Shown here: positions 27,002-36,666 of the stretch, one piece after another | Layout: the number at the start of each line of letters is the position of its first letter | How positions within the stretch are numbered: the stretch's first letter is position 1 | IMG/VR virus record: IMGVR_UViG_3300044972_001024 | DNA from: an uncultured virus (IMG/VR IMGVR_UViG_3300044972_001024) | Lineage: Duplodnaviria > Heunggongvirae > Uroviricota > Caudoviricetes | DNA: 64,000 nucleotides | Strand: one strand, 5' to 3' | Translations under genes and position numbers: made by a program | Notes under the pieces: generated by a model | The model's database searches: none | Told to the model about the DNA's origin: nothing | The model's input: the letters and a program-made list of their open reading frames with translations, nothing else

Positions 27002-27649
27002 ATGAAAATCAATCAAATTATCAATGAAGAAAGTCACATAGATCCAGGTATTATTGATGCTCTCAAGAAAAAAGGTTATAAACAGAAAGGTCGTGGAGAT
27101 GATGCGATTGCATTCTTAGAACCAGGAACTGGACAAATTCTCAAAATATTTGGAACTGGAGACGGGGCAGATGTTGTGAAAAAGAATGGCAAACCACAGA
27201 CCAATTTTAATGAACATCAAAAGATGGCATATTATTGGTCTAAGTATTGCGATATGCATTCTGATAATAAATTTCTACCAAAGTTTTCAGGCATTGAAAG
27301 TTTTCATTGGGGCAGTTCAGTCTATCTACAGATTCGTCAAGAACGATTATATGACTTGGAAAAAGATCAAAAAAGAACAATAGAATCCATGGCCATGATG
27401 GCCAGACGCAAAGTTCCGTTTGAGACAATGGACGAAAAGTACACTAATAATAATTATGCTGACACCAGAGCATCATGGAAACAAATAAAAGAGAAAATAG
27501 ATGACAAAGACTTGAGATTGTTCTATCAGACAATGATAGATATTGCCAATATTGCGAATCAAAAAAACTGGGCCTATGATCTTCACGGTGACAACATCAT
27601 GATGCGTCGAGATGGCACACCAGTTATTCTTGATCCATGGGCTCTATAA
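27002..27649 (+). CDS. Protein kinase-like fold protein, paralog 1
   Basis: KGRGDDA Gly loop, ILKIF, DLHGDNIM catalytic loop, ILDP; begins MKINQIINEE; ATAAATA 7 nt upstream. Confidence 0.75.
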   Translation: MKINQIINEESHIDPGIIDALKKKGYKQKGRGDDAIAFLEPGTGQILKIFGTGDGADVVKKNGKPQTNFNEHQKMAYYWSKYCDMHSDNKFLPKFSGIESFHWGSSVYLQIRQERLYDLEKDQKRTIESMAMMARRKVPFETMDEKYTNNNYADTRASWKQIKEKIDDKDLRLFYQTMIDIANIANQKNWAYDLHGDNIMMRRDGTPVILDPWAL

Positions 27650-27723
27650 TATGAAAATAAATGAAACTTCTTTTTTAACAAAAAATTGAATAAATACTTG
27701 TATCATTTTTAAAAGGAAATAAA

Positions 27724-28017
27724 ATGGCTATCTTAGGTACACAATCATTAACTAATGAAGTAGTTTTATCAGAAAGACAAGTAACAAATGAGTTTAGAAT
27801 TCGTGAAATTCAAGAAGAAATTGAAAATCGTAAAGTTCATGTTAGAGTTGAATTGGGACCATTTATTACCGAAGAACGTCCAAATGGAGAAACTGAAACT
27901 CGTGGGTCATCCACTCGCGGCGTAACTGTTTGGGAAAATGATGAATATGATGCTATTCGTGATACATGGGCAAACGCCGATTTAATCGCTAAAGTAACAT
28001 CAATCTTAAACGGTTAA
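27724..28017 (+). CDS. Hypothetical protein
   Basis: 97 aa, AAGGA SD, ATAAATA at 27690. Confidence 0.7.
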   Translation: MAILGTQSLTNEVVLSERQVTNEFRIREIQEEIENRKVHVRVELGPFITEERPNGETETRGSSTRGVTVWENDEYDAIRDTWANADLIAKVTSILNG

Positions 28018-28018
28018 T

Positions 28019-28660
28019 ATGAAATATCAAGAATTTATACCCGAACAAGAACTGGAAGAATACAGTCAAACAGACGTTGGTATTAGACGTGCTCTTGAAA
28101 AGAAAGGATATAAATTCTTGAAAGCGGGTGTTGATCAAAGTGCCTACTTAGAACCAGGAACTAATATGGTTTTAAAAGTATTTGGAACACAAAAAGATAG
28201 TGATAGTTTTAGTGAAGATCATCTGATGTTTTTCAAATGGGCTAAGTTTTGCGATAAAAATAAAGACAATCCATTTTTACCAAAATTTTATGGGTATGAC
28301 AGTTTCATATTTAAAGGTCATCGTTATTTACAAATACGTCAAGAATTCTTATTTCAACTTGATCAGGGAACTGGTGATTTATTAGCGGGTATGGCTGATG
28401 ATGTTGAAGAAAACGGTGATTTTGAAACATTTATAAAATTAATACCAGTAGAATATGGTTCAAATATTCAAATGGCCTTTGAAGATTTAGATAAATTAGT
28501 TGGGCCCGCGGGTGTAGATAAATTATATAAAACTATTAAAAAGTTAAATAAAATTGGAAATACCAAGGATTGGGTTTTGGATCTTCATGATCAAAACTTT
28601 ATGAAAAGAGATGATGGCACTCCAGTTATCGTTGATCCTTGGGTTGTTCCTCATTTCTAA
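28019..28660 (+). CDS. Protein kinase-like fold protein, paralog 2
   Basis: VLKVF, YLQIRQE, DLHDQNFM, IVDPW; begins MKYQEFIPE. Confidence 0.75.
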   Translation: MKYQEFIPEQELEEYSQTDVGIRRALEKKGYKFLKAGVDQSAYLEPGTNMVLKVFGTQKDSDSFSEDHLMFFKWAKFCDKNKDNPFLPKFYGYDSFIFKGHRYLQIRQEFLFQLDQGTGDLLAGMADDVEENGDFETFIKLIPVEYGSNIQMAFEDLDKLVGPAGVDKLYKTIKKLNKIGNTKDWVLDLHDQNFMKRDDGTPVIVDPWVVPHF

Positions 28661-28663
28661 TAA

Positions 28664-31513
28664 TTAACTATACTTACTATCGTAAAGTTTTTTCAACATT
28701 GCCCAATCATAAGATTTCATTAATTCTGACAATTCACCATTAACTGATTCATAGTACTCCATGGCATCATATGCCCCACCAGTACTCCATTGTCCATTTT
28801 TACCATCACCAACAGTTAACCAAGTATTCAAACGATCCAAGTTCTGTTGATTGTCATTGACAACACTATAATGTTTGAGTTTAATACATTCTCTAAATGC
28901 AGTTCTCCAAGTAGTCCAACTATCAGTATTATAAATAGCAACTCCAGAATTCATATCTACAACTTCATGTGCACTATCCATTGTAAAGTCTAGACCACGA
29001 ACGTCAGTTAATAATGTCAATCGTTTATTGTTTGCTACAATAGCCTGATGACCGTATTCTAAATGATTAACTGGGTTTGTTGCCATGAAGATGTAGTGTT
29101 TTGATCTCTGTAATCTATCTGGTTGCCATGAAAAATCAAATTTTGGATTTACTTTGAGTTTACCGTTAACTAAAAAATACCAACTAGTATTACTGACATT
29201 GGCCGCGGCATGTTGACTGGCAACTCGTCCAACTACATCTTTAACTCTGACTACTCTATTAGATAAACTTTGATCTGATACTATTTTCAGTATTTGATCA
29301 TAGTTTTCATCAGCATTTGGCTCTCCATTACTAAAGAATACAATGTCCAATGATTTGGATTCATCTAATTGTTCAGACATCTTTATGTTTGGATAATCAT
29401 ATACTTCAGACTGTACTATATCAATTGATATATCAGGAACAAAAATTCGTGATGATCCCGTACTAGTAATAATTATCTGATGATCACGAGAATCCCACAT
29501 ATTAGGAACTACATTTTGCTTATTTTCAGAAGCAGAATTACCATTAATTAATTCATAGTACGGCCAATTTCTATTAGAAATTTTCATAATAGCATCTGCT
29601 TGACTATCATAATCATGTTCAATAACAGGATGTTTTAATCTGGGAACTGTTATATGTCCAATGTAATTTACAGATTTACTATAAGCTTCAAGCGAAGTTA
29701 AGTCTTCACTTTCTTTCTTGAACTCATTTATATTGATAAAGAATGTATCACCAAACTTTTGTCTTGAGTTTTCAAATTTACTTGAGAATACATGTACTTG
29801 ATTAAATTGAAATGGGTCTCCTACCCAAGTAAAATCAAAATTCTCGTAGTCACACAAACTAGAACAAACCCAAACATAATGTTCTTGTTTGATTTCATAT
29901 TCTGATTTACTATTGACCCACTTGGTCAATGTCTCAATATAACTATTATCATATGACAACACTGTTATTTGATGACCATCACATTTGTCTTGTAATTGAT
30001 ATAGTGAATCAGATTTATTTCCAAAATCAATATAAACAATGTCATGTAGACATTGTGATATCTTGGCTCGTCTACGTCTAACAAAATTAATATTCTTGAC
30101 ATGTTCTATCTGTTTTAGATATTTGGTATCTGTCTCAAATGATTCAGTATTAATCATATATGTATTTCCCCAATGTGACCACTGAGTACCAAATACATGA
30201 ATCATGTTGCGTTGCCAATGACTTGGATAAAAATCAAACTGAAACTCACTATAGTCTACTTCACTACTTAATATCCATATAAGTTTGGTGGATGATTTCT
30301 TTATACAACGATTGATAGTATCAATCCAGCTACTGGCATATCTGGTTTTTTGTAGTTGTGGGAATTGTAATTTCAATTGATCAAACTGATCTGAATTATT
30401 TCCACGATTGACATAGAACATATCTAGATCAGTAACAATATCAAGTTCATAGTCTATATAGTTAAGTTCTCTGAATCCTTTACTCCAAATTGGTCCATTA
30501 ATATAGTATGTGGCTACATCTTTACTCAATGAAGTTCCAAATACATTTATATGTCTGAAGTTATCTGATGTTGGTTTCCAATTGAAATCAAACTTATCAT
30601 AATTCAAATCACGGTTCAATGCCCAGAATACTTCTGTTGAATGTTGTTCGATCAAATCTTCTAATGTAGTTGTAACATAATATTTGGCAATAATGTCATT
30701 AGAATCTTCTCTAGTCATATAAACAATTTCAGTAGCATTTGGAACAGTATATACTGGACCATTATTTTCCCATTGATAGATTTGAGGTGGACTAAATGGA
30801 TTTGGTCTCCAACTAAAATCAAAACTACTATTATCTTCTGGATTTGATACAGTCCAATTATCTTTAGTAGGTTCTAAATTGGCAACTGAATCAGTTATAT
30901 ACTTACGATCAGTTGCTCCAGACATATGATATTCAACTGTTGGCTCAATAGTAGCATCATTCCATTTGTTACCCCAAACATATATATATGGAGGATCATA
31001 TGGATGTGGAGTCCAGTTAAAGTCAAATGTAGAATCAACAGGAATTAATACTCTCCAACACTGAGGATCTCCAATAATTCTGGCAGAAACATCAGTGACA
31101 AATTTTCTTTCAGTGGCTCCAGTAACATGATATTCAACAGTTGGCATTTCAGATGAACTTAAATGTTGATTGCCAAATACCCAAATAAATGGAGGTTCTG
31201 TATTATCTGGATGCCAACTATAATCAAATTCTATATTATCATCAACTAGAACTTTAAAGTTACTAGGAATTATTTTGCTTTGTATCTTTTTGGACTGTTG
31301 TTCAGTACGATATTTTATTCCTTCATATTCAGGAACTACAAATCTTGGCCCGCCCGTGCGTTGCCATTGAGTTCCAAATTCGTGAACATATGGACGATCA
31401 TACGGGTATGGACGCCAGTTAAAATCAAATTTATCGCAGTCTATATCATCTGGAATTTCCCAAAATCCTTGTTCCCACAATTTACGTCTACGTTCTAACT
31501 CATTATTATCCAT
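28664..31513 (-). CDS. Repeat protein with C-terminal glycosyltransferase-like domains
   Basis: About 8 FDFxWxP motifs; C-terminal domain paralogous to 44068-45012; start likely ATG 31513. Confidence 0.65.
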   Translation of the reverse strand: MDNNELERRRKLWEQGFWEIPDDIDCDKFDFNWRPYPYDRPYVHEFGTQWQRTGGPRFVVPEYEGIKYRTEQQSKKIQSKIIPSNFKVLVDDNIEFDYSWHPDNTEPPFIWVFGNQHLSSSEMPTVEYHVTGATERKFVTDVSARIIGDPQCWRVLIPVDSTFDFNWTPHPYDPPYIYVWGNKWNDATIEPTVEYHMSGATDRKYITDSVANLEPTKDNWTVSNPEDNSSFDFSWRPNPFSPPQIYQWENNGPVYTVPNATEIVYMTREDSNDIIAKYYVTTTLEDLIEQHSTEVFWALNRDLNYDKFDFNWKPTSDNFRHINVFGTSLSKDVATYYINGPIWSKGFRELNYIDYELDIVTDLDMFYVNRGNNSDQFDQLKLQFPQLQKTRYASSWIDTINRCIKKSSTKLIWILSSEVDYSEFQFDFYPSHWQRNMIHVFGTQWSHWGNTYMINTESFETDTKYLKQIEHVKNINFVRRRRAKISQCLHDIVYIDFGNKSDSLYQLQDKCDGHQITVLSYDNSYIETLTKWVNSKSEYEIKQEHYVWVCSSLCDYENFDFTWVGDPFQFNQVHVFSSKFENSRQKFGDTFFININEFKKESEDLTSLEAYSKSVNYIGHITVPRLKHPVIEHDYDSQADAIMKISNRNWPYYELINGNSASENKQNVVPNMWDSRDHQIIITSTGSSRIFVPDISIDIVQSEVYDYPNIKMSEQLDESKSLDIVFFSNGEPNADENYDQILKIVSDQSLSNRVVRVKDVVGRVASQHAAANVSNTSWYFLVNGKLKVNPKFDFSWQPDRLQRSKHYIFMATNPVNHLEYGHQAIVANNKRLTLLTDVRGLDFTMDSAHEVVDMNSGVAIYNTDSWTTWRTAFRECIKLKHYSVVNDNQQNLDRLNTWLTVGDGKNGQWSTGGAYDAMEYYESVNGELSELMKSYDWAMLKKLYDSKYS

Positions 31514-31559
31514 GTTAATATTTACTTTATAATACATGTAACCAAAAATAAATATATAT

Positions 31560-32189
31560 ATGACAAGTCAATCACTCACCATCAATACCAATGATTTGAT
31601 ATATTGGTTTAATGCTATTAGAAATCTACCAGACGACGAACGTACTCGCGCTCTAGACGCTACTTGGTCCGGACAACTTCAGAGTAAAGCCTGGTTAGTA
31701 AACACATTAAAACAATATATGAATCAACCAAGTAATGTATATATATTTGGAGGATGGATTGGAATATTGGCCAGTATGATGTTTCAACATTTGCCAGTTA
31801 AAAAGATTCGTAGCATTGATCTGGATCCATGGTGTGAGTCAATAGCAGATATGATCAATAAACCATATGAAATGGATGAGTGGAGATTCAAGGCTATTAC
31901 CAATGATATGAAATCATATGATTATGATTGGGGTATTACCAGTGATGTAGTAATCAATACTAGTAGTGAACATGTAGATCAATTTACTTATGATCACTGG
32001 TTTAACATGATCTGTCCAGGAAGTTTAATAGTGGTTCAAGGCAATAACTTTTTTGATTGTTCAGAACATATTAGATGTAGTCAAAGTTTAAATGACTTTG
32101 AGAATATGAACAATGTATATAATCCATTATTTTCAGGACAATTTCATACTGATCAATATACCAGATACATGAGTATCTGGCGTAAGTAA
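31560..32189 (+). CDS. Class I SAM-dependent methyltransferase-like protein
   Basis: IFGGWIG motif I, SIDLD, VVINTSSEH. Confidence 0.7.
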   Translation: MTSQSLTINTNDLIYWFNAIRNLPDDERTRALDATWSGQLQSKAWLVNTLKQYMNQPSNVYIFGGWIGILASMMFQHLPVKKIRSIDLDPWCESIADMINKPYEMDEWRFKAITNDMKSYDYDWGITSDVVINTSSEHVDQFTYDHWFNMICPGSLIVVQGNNFFDCSEHIRCSQSLNDFENMNNVYNPLFSGQFHTDQYTRYMSIWRK

Positions 32190-32194
32190 AAGTT

Positions 32195-33136
32195 TTAAAG
32201 TTTGATAGTAATATGTTTAACTGAATTCCATTGATAATTACGTATACGATTTTTAGTATGATATAATACTGAACCAATACCACTACTTTCATCACCCGGA
32301 TTCGGCAATGACCATATATATTTCCACATTGGTTCTACAATGTCTTTATTCGTTTTACTGTTCATAGCACAACCTCCCATGTAAACTAATGAATCTGCAT
32401 CAGTTAACTGTTTGGCTTTTATCATAACTGATTCAATTTGAATTTCAAATACTTGTTGAACAGATGCAGCAATGTCACATTTATCTTGCAAATTTTTAAT
32501 CTCGTGAGGCCAATCAGATATACCACGATGAAGATTCTTCTGAGAATGAATCAGACCATTCATATATGTTAATACGAGATTATAATATCTGGTAGAATCT
32601 CCCAATTCTGCCATGTTTTGTAATAAGTATTCGTCTTTGATTGGTGTATGTCCCACTAACTTAGTAAATGCACTATAAAATAATCCTAAACTATGTGGAT
32701 AATTGCGACTCCATACTTTATGTAATTCACCGTGTTTAGCTTGCCAAATTGTAGCACATTCAAATTCTCCTATTGCATCAAGAACCACAATTGCACAGTT
32801 ACTAAATGGACTTGTATAATATCCAGCCGCCGCATGACTAGAATGATGTGAAGTATACGTAATAGGCGCTGATGTATATAGATTCATATAATTTTTTGGT
32901 AATACACTAAAATCAAATGCCCTATTATATTGACCAGCATATATTTGCCGAGCCTTTTTTATCCAAGGATTTTCATACCAAAAAATTCGGTCAGGAGTTC
33001 CGTGTTCAAGTGCTAAATCAATGTTTAAACTTGATATTTGATCATGTTGACCAACATAATTGTCAATAAATTTATCATCTTTAAATACGGCAATACCATG
33101 TCCGTGGTTTAATGCGTTTACTCCCCAATGTATCAT
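32195..33136 (-). CDS. Carbamoyltransferase N-terminal (Kae1-like) domain only
   Basis: HHSSHAAAGYYTSPF, VLDAIGE, SLGLFYS, GGCAMN, PNPGD (NodU/CmcH family). Confidence 0.85.
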   Translation of the reverse strand: MIHWGVNALNHGHGIAVFKDDKFIDNYVGQHDQISSLNIDLALEHGTPDRIFWYENPWIKKARQIYAGQYNRAFDFSVLPKNYMNLYTSAPITYTSHHSSHAAAGYYTSPFSNCAIVVLDAIGEFECATIWQAKHGELHKVWSRNYPHSLGLFYSAFTKLVGHTPIKDEYLLQNMAELGDSTRYYNLVLTYMNGLIHSQKNLHRGISDWPHEIKNLQDKCDIAASVQQVFEIQIESVMIKAKQLTDADSLVYMGGCAMNSKTNKDIVEPMWKYIWSLPNPGDESSGIGSVLYHTKNRIRNYQWNSVKHITIKL

Positions 33137-33231
33137 TTGTATATAAATGGATCTTTTTCACGTAATTCTTTTAGACGTTTTTTAAATCTATATTCTCTGA
33201 TCAGACGTTTGAAAAATTTGACTATAAACAT
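33133..33231 (-). CDS. Small basic protein (32 aa)
   Basis: MFIVKFFKRLIREYRFKKRLKELREKDPFIYK; GGAG SD; ATGA-coupled to carbamoyltransferase. Confidence 0.6.
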   Translation of the reverse strand: MFIVKFFKRLIREYRFKKRLKELREKDPFIYK

Positions 33232-33333
33232 AATATTACTCCATGTGATATATTTATTAATATAAATACATTCTGGAGAATCAGAATCTATCAATAGTAT
33301 GAATGAACGGTAATACACAAAAGTCATTATAAT

Positions 33334-34506
33334 TCATAGTATAGTTTTATAATCAGAATTTCTGAATCGATCAGTTTCTTGAAGTTTATAAATTATCTGT
33401 TCAAATTTTATGGAATTATCTTTACTCATCATATAATTGATCAACCCACGACAACGATCTATATAATCATAATCATGATTGTTTTCAGTTAGCCATAGTA
33501 TATAACTTTCCCATCGTTCTACAATCTGATTTTTTTTATCCAATGGTAAAACCGTGGGATCCATATTTTCTGGTTGATGAGCAATACTATACATAATATC
33601 TTTGGCGGAACATATATGTGTTGACAATAGATTCTGTCCCAAGTCAGGAAGAGACAACATACTCATTACACTAGCCACACTATTTATTTTTATTTTGACA
33701 TGTGGCGTCTGTTGCTTTACTGTCAAAATATTATTAATAACTGAATCATAATCAGATCCATATCTGATATAATCATTGACATGTTTATAACCATCCAAAC
33801 TAACAATTACAGTAATATTAGTAAATTTGTTCCATAGATCAGTCAACTGCTTATCTCTATATTGAATGTTTGTCAAATTAGTATTATAGGTTAAACTTGG
33901 ATCTAATTCATGTTCTATTAAGATATTCAGTAGATTATAGTTTTCTTCAGTTATCAGTGGTTCACCACCAGCCAAATATATTTCTTTAACCTGAACTAGA
34001 TCATTAAAAATTTCGTCTATAATCTCATGATCTAATCTATGTAGAGTTTTATTTTTTCTATTATGTATTTTATTGAATTCAACCGCAATGCTACTGCTAA
34101 AAGTAGGACTGCATGTTAAACATTTTAAATTACATAAATTTCCAAATCTTATATCCAAGTACAATGGTTCAAAATGTTCAACTGTTCCATCTTGTAGTAT
34201 TTCAATTGGTTTATCAGAAGACTCAGCAATATTATTTATTTTTTGTTTATAAGGAGTCATATTCATTTTCATCTGAGACTCACATTTGTAACAGCCTGCA
34301 GGAATTTTATGTTGTATAAATTCCGATCTAATTTGAATCATTCTTGGATGATTCATTGATTCTAAAATTGAATGAGTATTATTTAATACTGAAAATTCAT
34401 GATTCTTATCCTCATACAAACAACATGGCAATAATCTACTATCTGGATTAACATATAAATGAGTCCAAGGAGCGTAACAAAATAGATCAGATGATTTGTT
34501 ATTCAT
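33334..34506 (-). CDS. Radical SAM protein with N-terminal SPASM/twitch-like Cys domain
   Basis: CNLKCLTC, AGGEP; N-term FC..PW, PCC, CYKC. Confidence 0.9.
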   Translation of the reverse strand: MNNKSSDLFCYAPWTHLYVNPDSRLLPCCLYEDKNHEFSVLNNTHSILESMNHPRMIQIRSEFIQHKIPAGCYKCESQMKMNMTPYKQKINNIAESSDKPIEILQDGTVEHFEPLYLDIRFGNLCNLKCLTCSPTFSSSIAVEFNKIHNRKNKTLHRLDHEIIDEIFNDLVQVKEIYLAGGEPLITEENYNLLNILIEHELDPSLTYNTNLTNIQYRDKQLTDLWNKFTNITVIVSLDGYKHVNDYIRYGSDYDSVINNILTVKQQTPHVKIKINSVASVMSMLSLPDLGQNLLSTHICSAKDIMYSIAHQPENMDPTVLPLDKKNQIVERWESYILWLTENNHDYDYIDRCRGLINYMMSKDNSIKFEQIIYKLQETDRFRNSDYKTIL

Positions 34507-35755
34507 TATTCATTAGTAATTGATTAAGTTCTGGAAATGTTTCTGAAAAGTTAGTTTTTCTAATTGTATCTAAATGTGTCACATACTCAGTAATGGCTTC
34601 AATATTAGTATTAGAAGATTCTAAAATCCAACTAAGATTGCTTTTCAGTGACGTAAAATAATATTCAGGAAATTTGTCATTGACTTCAAGTAAAAATTCC
34701 TGTATTTTCTGTTCAATTTTATTCTTAACATTTTTTGGAAGAATCTGTGGATTTAAATATGTTGGATTGTATACTCTTCCCAAAACAATAGGATATCTAG
34801 TAGTATTTTTATAGTCTAATTTCATCCACCAGCGATATAATTCTACTAAATCTAAAACATTAAGAGCATGTATACTGGTTAAGATCATTGTTTTTGCACC
34901 ACTAGCAATGCTAAGATTAACATTATGTTCTATCTCAGACCATTGAGCAGGATATCTGACATAGTAATTTTTATCATCATATCCATCTATAGAGAACATC
35001 AATTCTATTTCTTTAAATTTTGGAATCAATGACCAAAACGAAGTGGGTATTTGAGTTCCATTAGTATGAAATCTAATTTTAATATGTTCACTATGTCCAG
35101 TATCTACCATGTACTGTATTAAATTATTAATGCTTTTTGATAAGAACGGTTCGCCCCCGCCAAATATTATTTCTTGTAGTTCTGGAACTAATATTTCAAA
35201 TTCTTTCCAAAATTCTGGTTTTTCAACCCACGTAAACTGACCAATGTCAATCATTGAGTTACTAGTCCATATGGATTTCAGTGATGGATTTTGACTGATT
35301 TCACTTAATAGTTTACTATCAGCCAACCATTTAGAACTTTCATTTGGACGACACATTATACATTTTAGATTACATGTATTTCCGGCTCTAATATCTAGTG
35401 TAAATGGATCAATACTACTATGTCCGAATTCATCTACTGATTCTAAAGCTAAATCAAGTTTTTCTGAGTATTTAGATGAATAAAACTTATTTGATTTAAG
35501 TCTATGACTTTCTATACCATACTCTTCATCGAAATAGCATTGTTTACAATTTTTAACTGGCTGATCTGCCATCATTGCCAATCGTATACTTTTCATGTCA
35601 TTGCTGTTCCATGCCTGCTTTATAGTCATTGAATTTAAATTATCAGATGTTCCGGCGGCAATACAACATGGAGTGACATTGCCATTGGTCAACGTTGCCA
35701 TGTGAATAAATGGGTATACACAAAAAGTTTTAGATTCTTTTAAATTAAATTTCAT
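34499..35755 (-). CDS. Radical SAM protein with N-terminal SPASM/twitch-like Cys domain
   Basis: CNLKCIMC, GGGEP; FC, PCC, CKQC. Confidence 0.9.
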   Translation of the reverse strand: MKFNLKESKTFCVYPFIHMATLTNGNVTPCCIAAGTSDNLNSMTIKQAWNSNDMKSIRLAMMADQPVKNCKQCYFDEEYGIESHRLKSNKFYSSKYSEKLDLALESVDEFGHSSIDPFTLDIRAGNTCNLKCIMCRPNESSKWLADSKLLSEISQNPSLKSIWTSNSMIDIGQFTWVEKPEFWKEFEILVPELQEIIFGGGEPFLSKSINNLIQYMVDTGHSEHIKIRFHTNGTQIPTSFWSLIPKFKEIELMFSIDGYDDKNYYVRYPAQWSEIEHNVNLSIASGAKTMILTSIHALNVLDLVELYRWWMKLDYKNTTRYPIVLGRVYNPTYLNPQILPKNVKNKIEQKIQEFLLEVNDKFPEYYFTSLKSNLSWILESSNTNIEAITEYVTHLDTIRKTNFSETFPELNQLLMNNE

Positions 35756-36666
35756 ATGACCTTGTTTAGTTTGGGAAAAACTATATCAAAATTAGTATTA
35801 CGCTTTTTATCCATACTAATAATAAAATTACGAAGTAATACATTTTGTCTTTGATCTTTATGTTGCCACATAAAATCTAAACATCCTTTGAGAGAATTAA
35901 TTAATAATTTGTGACAGTCATCTTGATTGCATTGGCCAATAAAGTCCCAAATTATTTGATTTATATATTCTTTAGTATGTTGTTCAACAAATCTTACATC
36001 CATCCAAGTTGGTCTATGAACATATTTAAAAGTTAAAGGATTATAATCCAAGTTTAAATTTAAACTGAATATCCACTTAATTATATCAGGAAAACAACTT
36101 AAGCTTAATGAATGAACCGATAGAGCGAAATATATTTTAACATTTGAATATGACATTGATTTTTTTACATTATCAACTACGGATTCCCATCTAATTGGCC
36201 ATCTAAGATATTCGGCTTGTTCTTCAGTAGCATCAATGCTGAATGTTATAATGACCTGATTAAATTTTTCTAATATTTCAAAAAACCAATCAGGAATTGA
36301 CATTCCACTAGTAAATATTTTTAATGTTATCTTACTGGCATGATCATGATTACTTAAATCTTTTATTAATTTTAATGTGTTTTCACTTTGTAATGGTTCA
36401 CCACCATTCAAACTAATCTCAGTCAATTGAGTTAAATTTTGCCAAAAATTATCCCAATATACAGAATTTTTAATTTCAGATTTTTCTGTGAATGCATTTT
36501 TAGCTCTGGTTCTATAAAATGCTTTGATTACTCTATGATCAGTAATTTGAGTTAAAGAATCAGATTCATTTCTATAGAAATCACTATATGATGGCGAGCA
36601 ATGAATACACATTGCCTGACAATTTGTATCTAATGCCAATTCTATTGATGTATTTAAATTGTTCAT
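35752..36666 (-). CDS. Radical SAM protein (no N-terminal Cys domain)
   Basis: CQAMCIHC, NGGEP, SIDA. Confidence 0.85.
   Translation of the reverse strand: MNNLNTSIELALDTNCQAMCIHCSPSYSDFYRNESDSLTQITDHRVIKAFYRTRAKNAFTEKSEIKNSVYWDNFWQNLTQLTEISLNGGEPLQSENTLKLIKDLSNHDHASKITLKIFTSGMSIPDWFFEILEKFNQVIITFSIDATEEQAEYLRWPIRWESVVDNVKKSMSYSNVKIYFALSVHSLSLSCFPDIIKWIFSLNLNLDYNPLTFKYVHRPTWMDVRFVEQHTKEYINQIIWDFIGQCNQDDCHKLLINSLKGCLDFMWQHKDQRQNVLLRNFIISMDKKRNTNFDIVFPKLNKVI

Noticed and set aside
33133..33231. RiPP precursor for the radical SAM array
   Set aside because: Basic helical peptide without Cys or leader/core organisation, coupled to the carbamoyltransferase; no RRE, peptidase or exporter seen; not formally excluded
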